Origin: Chloroflexota bacterium
GTDB lineage: Bacteria; Chloroflexota; UBA11872; VXOZ01
Length of the DNA stretch: 64,000 nt
Reading direction: 5' to 3'
Assembly (NCBI GenBank): GCA_022824225.1
Contig: JAJEAH010000045.1
Span: forward strand, 13,110-77,109
Position numbers and translations under genes: made by a program. Every line of letters begins with the position of its first letter. Positions within the stretch are counted from its first letter, which is position 1. The notes beneath the pieces were generated by a model. That model was not told where the DNA came from. It saw only the letters and a program-made list of their open reading frames with translations, and made no database searches. Below are positions 58,497-64,000 of the stretch, piece after piece.

Positions 58497-59879
58497 TTAG
58501 CCGTGCTGTGCGATGAAGTCGTCCATCGCCGTTTGGGCTTGCTCCTCGAAGTTGCGCATGCCCTCGGCAACCGTGACCTCATTGCGCATGATTGATTGCA
58601 GGTTCTGGCTGGTGATTGGCAGAATGTCGCCCGCGCCGGGCACACTCACGACGAAGCGGGCGCCAACCATCTCGTCAATTGCCAGTCTGCGCAGCTTGTC
58701 GTCGCCGATGTAGTCGGCGCTCTGAGCCACGCTCTGGCGCACCGGAATGCGGTCCATGGCGATTGACCAGCGCAAGTTCGCGTCGGCGCCGTACATGAAG
58801 TCGGCCCACGCGAAACCGCCGTCGGGATTCTGGCTGCCGTTGGGCAGGCAGAAGGCCCAGTCGCCGGAATAGGTGGCTTGCAGAGCGGTGTTGGCATCCA
58901 ACGCCGGATATGGCCCAAAGTCGTAGTTAAGGCCTTCGGCGTAGGGCGCCATGGATGCACGGGTAGCGTTGGTCAGATACATGTAGGTATTGCCGCCGCT
59001 GCCGTACTCCTGCAAGCGGTTCTCGAAGGTGCCGTGGAACTCGCGGACCTTATCGTATCCGCCTTGGCCGTCAAGGACCTTCTTGAGCCAGGTCACGGTA
59101 TTGATGGCGAGCTCGTTGTTGACCTGGATCTTCGTCCGGTCCGGGCTGAGCATTTCGCCGCCCTGCTGCCAGTAGCCGACCATCCACGTGTGGATGCCAC
59201 CGGAGCCGCGGAAGGGGTCCCAGCCGAGCCTGACGATGTTATCGCCATCAACCTTGTGCACCTTGAGCAGCGCTTCGTCCATCTCATCCCGGGAGGCCGG
59301 CGGGGTTTCGGGATCGAGGCCGGCTTCCAGCGAGTGGTCCACGTTCAGATAGATGATGCGGGCGTCGATGCTATAGCTGATGCCGAAGGTCTGACCCGCC
59401 CACTGCATGGCTTCGTATTTTCCCGGCCAGAGGTCGTCCAATGGCACGTTGGCCGAGGCAGCGATGTAGGCATCGAGCGGGCGCACGAGTTCCAGCAGAC
59501 CCCACTGGGGCTGGATGTACGACTGGGTCTTGGAGTTGTCCGGCGCCGTGCCGGCCGCTACCACGGTGGGAATGTCGCCAAACCCGCCGTTGCCCTTGAT
59601 GATGGGCTCGAGAACATAGTCGGACGTCTCATCGAACTCCGCGCGCAACTGCTGGGGGAGTTCCATGGTATCGAAGTTCCACGGATCGATGCCGGTATAC
59701 CAGAAGACGACGGGCGTCTTCTCCTTGGCGGGCATCGCTTCCGCTTCTTTGGCTTCCGGCTCGGCTTCTTCGGCCATTTCTTCCGTAGCCGTTCCTGCTG
59801 CGCCGCAGGCGGCCAAGAGTGCGCCGGCGCCGGCAACGGCAGTTGCGCCAAGCAACTGCCGTCGAGTGAGATCTGCCAT
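58497..59879 (-). CDS. ABC transporter substrate-binding lipoprotein (family 1)
   Basis: MADLTRRQLLGATAVAGAGALLAACG Tat signal plus lipobox, A/E-rich linker, SBP fold. Confidence 0.75.
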   Translation of the reverse strand: MADLTRRQLLGATAVAGAGALLAACGAAGTATEEMAEEAEPEAKEAEAMPAKEKTPVVFWYTGIDPWNFDTMELPQQLRAEFDETSDYVLEPIIKGNGGFGDIPTVVAAGTAPDNSKTQSYIQPQWGLLELVRPLDAYIAASANVPLDDLWPGKYEAMQWAGQTFGISYSIDARIIYLNVDHSLEAGLDPETPPASRDEMDEALLKVHKVDGDNIVRLGWDPFRGSGGIHTWMVGYWQQGGEMLSPDRTKIQVNNELAINTVTWLKKVLDGQGGYDKVREFHGTFENRLQEYGSGGNTYMYLTNATRASMAPYAEGLNYDFGPYPALDANTALQATYSGDWAFCLPNGSQNPDGGFAWADFMYGADANLRWSIAMDRIPVRQSVAQSADYIGDDKLRRLAIDEMVGARFVVSVPGAGDILPITSQNLQSIMRNEVTVAEGMRNFEEQAQTAMDDFIAQHG

Positions 59880-60114
59880 CGCGTTCACCCCTCCTGGGTT
59901 GAGAACAACACGTGAATACCCCTGGCATTCCGTTGAGCTACGGTTCCGGATCGGGCCACTCCCCGCCATGCATGCATAGCTCGCAGTAGATGCCTTGTTA
60001 GGATTGTAGCCACACTGTGCAGCGTTTGGCAAGAAAAGCGGGAATACCACGTCTTCGCGCGCCTTTCCCGTACGGAAAACCCGCTTCCAGCGGTCACCTG
60101 GGGGCAGCGAGCGT

Positions 60115-61467
60115 CTAGCGCACGCAGCCGCCTGTGTCGATCCAGCCCTGCACGCGCTCCTGGAGTTGCGCCACGCCCGCGGCGACCGTGAGCGAACCTT
60201 CCACCATGGCGTCCCAGGTGGCGCGCCACGCGGCGTCGAAAGCGCGTTGCTGCCGCAGTCGCGGCGCCGGCCGGCCGGTGCGCGCCATCTGCTCGTAGTG
60301 TGCGGCGTTTTCGTACGGATAGACGGTTAGTGGTTGGAGATGCATATTCGCGGTAAAGCGGCCCTGGCCGATCGCGGTAAGCTCCGGCAACACCGTAGCG
60401 CTTACCGTGTGCTTGATAAACGCCCACGCGCCTTCAGCGTTCTTGGCCCCTGCGCCGATGAAGATGCCGCCAGGCGTCATGACCGTTGCCCGGTCGCCGT
60501 TTGGCCCCCGCGGCCGGGGCGCCATGCCGATGGCAAAGAGGTCGCGGGCCGCAATCTCCGCCTCGAAACGGGGCAGGCCGGCGGTGGTGCGTTCCACCAT
60601 GCCCTGCGTGCCCCGCAGAAAGTCGCCGCCGATAACGCGATGCGTGGCAAACAAATCGACGCAGTACTGCACCGCGGCGGCAAACGCGGGCGTGTCGCAG
60701 GTGGCGCGCGCGCAGCCCTCATCCCACAGGTCCGCGCCCCACGCCCAGGCATGGTAGAGCAGGTGCGTTGTGAGCATGGGGTAGACCTGCAGACCGCCAA
60801 ACGCAATTGCGGCGCCGTCGCGCGTGGTGAGTCTGACGGCCGCGGCCAACACGGCGTCCCACGTCCAGTTGCCCGCGTCCTCAAGCTCGGCGGGAGTCTT
60901 CAGGCCGGCCGCCAGGAACGCGTCGTCGTTGGACCAGAAGGGGTGCGCGGTGAGCTGCCACGCCAGGCCATACGTGATGGCTTTGTGTTTGAGCTTGCCG
61001 AAATCATGAAAGTCAGCCGGGGCCACTTCCGCGTCGTTTGCCAAATGCGGATCCAGCGACTGGATGATGCCGGCATCCACGAACAGCCCCAACCACTCCC
61101 AGGAACCGTAGATAGCATCGAACGTGAAGCCGGCCGCCATGAACGTGGCTGCCCGGGAGGTGACGCCCGCCAGTGTGGAATCGTTGATTTCCAACGTGTA
61201 GGCGGGATGCGCGGCGATGAATTTCGCGAAGATGCGGTCCCACGCCCGTTGCCACGTCTCGCTTTGGCCGCGCAGCGCCATCAGCGCGCTGACGAGGGTT
61301 GGCGCCGCGGCCGGGGGTTCCACCCCGCCCGGCGTCTCTGCCGGCGGCGGAGCCACGGATTCCGGCGTGGCCGCCGCGCCCCCGCACGCCGCCAATGCCA
61401 GCGCGCCCGCGCCCCCAGCGGCGCCGCCCAGTAGGGTCCGGCGCGTCAGGCGCGTGCGGCTGCCCAT
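60115..61467 (-). CDS. ABC transporter substrate-binding lipoprotein (tandem paralog A)
   Basis: MGSRTRLTRRTLLGGAAGGAGALALAACG; ~60-70% identical to 61977-63314. Confidence 0.75.
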   Translation of the reverse strand: MGSRTRLTRRTLLGGAAGGAGALALAACGGAAATPESVAPPPAETPGGVEPPAAAPTLVSALMALRGQSETWQRAWDRIFAKFIAAHPAYTLEINDSTLAGVTSRAATFMAAGFTFDAIYGSWEWLGLFVDAGIIQSLDPHLANDAEVAPADFHDFGKLKHKAITYGLAWQLTAHPFWSNDDAFLAAGLKTPAELEDAGNWTWDAVLAAAVRLTTRDGAAIAFGGLQVYPMLTTHLLYHAWAWGADLWDEGCARATCDTPAFAAAVQYCVDLFATHRVIGGDFLRGTQGMVERTTAGLPRFEAEIAARDLFAIGMAPRPRGPNGDRATVMTPGGIFIGAGAKNAEGAWAFIKHTVSATVLPELTAIGQGRFTANMHLQPLTVYPYENAAHYEQMARTGRPAPRLRQQRAFDAAWRATWDAMVEGSLTVAAGVAQLQERVQGWIDTGGCVR

Positions 61468-61732
61468 GATTTCTCCGCTTTCCAAACCCATTGCCCCGCT
61501 CCTTCCGCCTTCGAGTATGGTATCGCGCCGGCGGGAAGGTCAAATGAAAGCGGCAACATTAGTCACGGCCGCATCTCGATAGCCGCCGGTCTGCCCCGCC
61601 GCCGCAGACAGCCCTCCACGCGCAAGGAAGACCGGACGCAATCGCAAGCCCGGCGGGCGCTCTCTCCCCATTAAAGGAAAGATATGGGCACGACAATCAA
61701 AGAAAATCAGGGACACGGCAATTAAAGAAAGG

Positions 61733-61933
61733 TAGGGGCACGATATATCGTGCCCCTACCGGCGGTAGCCCGGCGCCCCTACCGGCGGTAGCCCGGCGCC
61801 CCTACCGGCGGTAGCCCGGCGCCCCTACCGGCGGCAGCCCGGCGCCCCTACCGGCGGTAGCCCGGCGCTCCTACCGGCGGCAGCCCGGCGCCCCTACCGG
61901 CGGTAGCCCGGCGCCCCTACCGGCGGCAGCCCA
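61733..61933. repeat. REP type A followed by a 23-bp minisatellite (cctaccggcggtagcccggcgcc, ~8 units)
   Basis: Direct reading; units are contiguous with no spacers. Confidence 0.7.
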
Positions 61934-61976
61934 GTTCCGCAGCGCCATCGCAACAATGCGACGCGCCTCTGCGCCC

Positions 61977-63314
61977 CTACCGCAGGCAGCCGCCCTCGTT
62001 GATCCAGCCCTGCACCTGCTCCTGGGTCTTTACCATGCCCTCGGCCACGGTGAGAGAGCCCTCCACCATGGCGTCCCAGGTGGCACGCCACTCGGTGTTG
62101 AAGTCGCCCTGCTTCAGCAGTTGCGGCACGGGACGGCCCTCGCTCGCCATCTGCTTGTAGACTTCGGGATTCTCGTAGGGATACAACGTCAAGGGCTCCA
62201 GATTCTTGTTGGCCGTAAAGCGGCCCTGGCCGGTGGCGGCGATCTCCGGCAGGGCGTCGGCGCTCACCGTATACTTGATGAAGTCCCAGCCGCCCTCAGG
62301 GTTATTGGCGCCTTCGCCGATGAAGATGCCGATCGGCGTCATGACCGTGCCGCTGTCGCCGTTGGGGCCCTTGGGCCGTCCCGCCATGCCGATTTCGAAG
62401 AGATCGTTGGCCGAGATGCGTTCCTCGAACTGGCGCACGCCGCCGGTGGCGCGCTCGAACATGCCCAGCGTGCCCTCCAGGAAGTTGCCGCCGATCACCT
62501 TGTGCTTGGCAAAGAGGTCCACGCAGAACTGCACCGCGTCGGCAAACGCCGGGTCGTTGAACGTGGCTTGCGTACAGCCTTCGTTCCACAGGTCCGCGCC
62601 CCACGCCCACGCATAGTAAGGAAGGTACGACGTGTACATGGGGTAGATCTGCAACCCGCCAAACGCAATCTCGTCGCCTTCGCGTTGGGTGAGTCTGGTG
62701 GCGGCTTCCAGCGCGGCTTCCCAGGTCCAGTTGCCCTCGGCTTCCAGTTCTGCGGGGGTCTTGAGGCCGGCCTCCACGAACTTGTCATTATTGGACCAGA
62801 TGGGGTGCGCGGAGAGGAGCCACACCACACTGTACGCCGTGCCCTTGTATCTGAGAATGCCGGATTCGTAGAAGTCATCCAGGGATACTTCGCTGTCCTT
62901 CGCCAGGTAGGGATCGATCGGCTGGATGACTCCGCCGTCGACGAACGGCCCCAGCCAGCCGAAGTAGCCGTAGATGTCGTCAAAGGAGATGCCCGCCGCC
63001 AGGGCCGCGCCCGCCTTGGTGGTCACTTCCCCAAACGTGGAATCGGTCACTTCCATCGTGTACTCGGGGTGCTTGGCTTCGAAGTTGGCAAAGATGGTGT
63101 TCCAGGAGTTTACCCACGTCTCGTTCTGGCCCTGCAGCACCATGAGCGCGCTGACGACGGTTGGCTCCATGGCCTGCGGCGCTTCTTCCGCCTCTGCTGC
63201 TTCTTCCGCAGGCGCCGCGCCCGCTTCCGGCATCATGGTCGCGGTCCCGCAGGCCGCCAAGGCCAGCATGGCCGCCCCGCCGCCGGCTCCCCTGAGCAGA
63301 TTCCGGCGTGTCAT
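61977..63314 (-). CDS. ABC transporter substrate-binding lipoprotein (tandem paralog B)
   Basis: MTRRNLLRGAGGGAAMLALAACG; collinear with paralog A through to the C-terminus (...ATWDAMVEGSLTVA...GGC[LV]R). Confidence 0.75.
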   Translation of the reverse strand: MTRRNLLRGAGGGAAMLALAACGTATMMPEAGAAPAEEAAEAEEAPQAMEPTVVSALMVLQGQNETWVNSWNTIFANFEAKHPEYTMEVTDSTFGEVTTKAGAALAAGISFDDIYGYFGWLGPFVDGGVIQPIDPYLAKDSEVSLDDFYESGILRYKGTAYSVVWLLSAHPIWSNNDKFVEAGLKTPAELEAEGNWTWEAALEAATRLTQREGDEIAFGGLQIYPMYTSYLPYYAWAWGADLWNEGCTQATFNDPAFADAVQFCVDLFAKHKVIGGNFLEGTLGMFERATGGVRQFEERISANDLFEIGMAGRPKGPNGDSGTVMTPIGIFIGEGANNPEGGWDFIKYTVSADALPEIAATGQGRFTANKNLEPLTLYPYENPEVYKQMASEGRPVPQLLKQGDFNTEWRATWDAMVEGSLTVAEGMVKTQEQVQGWINEGGCLR

Positions 63315-63617
63315 TCTGCTGCGTTTGCCTCGCATCGCTGTGCCTCCAATGTGATTGACGATAGTACTACCGATGTCAAGTATGGTGCCAGAAAAGCGAG
63401 TCTGTCAAGCGAATAGAATGGTATCGCTGGCAGAGACCGACACCTGGACACCGGCCTCGCATCCTCCTTCGAAGTGAAAGCCCATAGCGGCGGCAGGCAT
63501 GGGTCTGATGAATGCCTCGGGAGATTCCCATTGCGCTGGAGCCCAATTGATTTTGATTTAGCACTGCGGTTACACTATGACGTGTAGCGCAATATCCGAA
63601 GTGCGCAAGGCAGCGCC

Positions 63618-63902
63618 ATGAACCTATTCTTAGTGATATTCGAGGAAGCTATTGCTGCCGCAGCAAAGGAGCAAGCGCAGTCCTCGTTCTCTTCTGGCGG
63701 CGTTTTCGAGCTATCAGACCACGTCCTATTGGTGCAAACACCCATAAGCGACCCTAAATCTCTGAGCGCGTCGTTTGGCCTTTCGGACAATATTGGCTCT
63801 TCGAACGTGGGTGTGGTGTTCAAGTTGGATGGGTCATACTACGGGCACTACTATTCGAGCCTCTGGGATTGGTTGAAGAAAGCCAGGGAAGTAGGTGTCT
63901 GA
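63618..63902 (+). CDS. Hypothetical protein (lower-GC ORF at window edge)
   Basis: 94-aa ORF in a ~50% GC patch; no recognisable family. Confidence 0.25.
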   Translation: MNLFLVIFEEAIAAAAKEQAQSSFSSGGVFELSDHVLLVQTPISDPKSLSASFGLSDNIGSSNVGVVFKLDGSYYGHYYSSLWDWLKKAREVGV

Positions 63903-64000
63903 TTCCGACGGCTCGCTACGTTCAGAGGGATACCACGTGCAACGCCTAGACTGATGTTCTCGCGCGCGTGTCCTATATCGAGGGCAGACTGGAAGCGCTT

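Noticed and set aside
1-64000. tRNA, rRNA and tmRNA genes
   Set aside because: No T-loop-like GTTCRANYC motif in cloverleaf context and no rRNA-like conserved blocks were seen on either strand.

Overview
This is a high-GC (~65%) bacterial chromosomal segment, genome type unknown (the DUF1640 paralogs and dense REPs suggest a thermophilic Chloroflexi/Thermomicrobia-like organism; inference only). It is densely coding and mostly housekeeping or catabolic. It is also saturated with at least three families of palindromic REP/BIME-like repeats, two minisatellites, and several lower-GC islets that look horizontally acquired. No rRNA, tRNA or CRISPR array was found.

Housekeeping content: a lipA 3' end and lipB, lysC, argB, dapF, a DapL-like aminotransferase, miaA, cmk, rluB, and a 5'-nucleotidase. 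Catabolic and transport content: two MFS transporters with two amidohydrolases, hydantoinase A/B, four ABC substrate-binding lipoproteins (one with an in-frame stop), and several dehydrogenases and TIM-barrel isomerases.

The most interesting candidates for uncharacterised biology are:
- a ~1.8-kb low-GC island (21.7-23.5 kb) carrying a lone HsdR-N/PD-(D/E)xK nuclease-domain protein with an unknown C-terminal domain, plus an orphan DUF2442 gene;
- a coupled operon of a small protein and a membrane protein in a lower-GC patch (13.3-14.2 kb);
- a tandem triplet of paralogous small lipoproteins with a conserved two-cysteine C-terminal domain (45.2-46.6 kb);
- a hairpin element present twice (8774-8830 and 18514-18569) with conserved inner stem and loop and fully compensatory outer stems, G-U pairs valid only on the + strand;
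- a Tat-signal cysteine-rich mini-protein (28763-29041);
- a HepT/MNT toxin-antitoxin cassette lying between lipA and lipB.

All function calls are from reading the translations against remembered family motifs. No database search was run. Repeat coordinates are approximate to about +/-2 bp.
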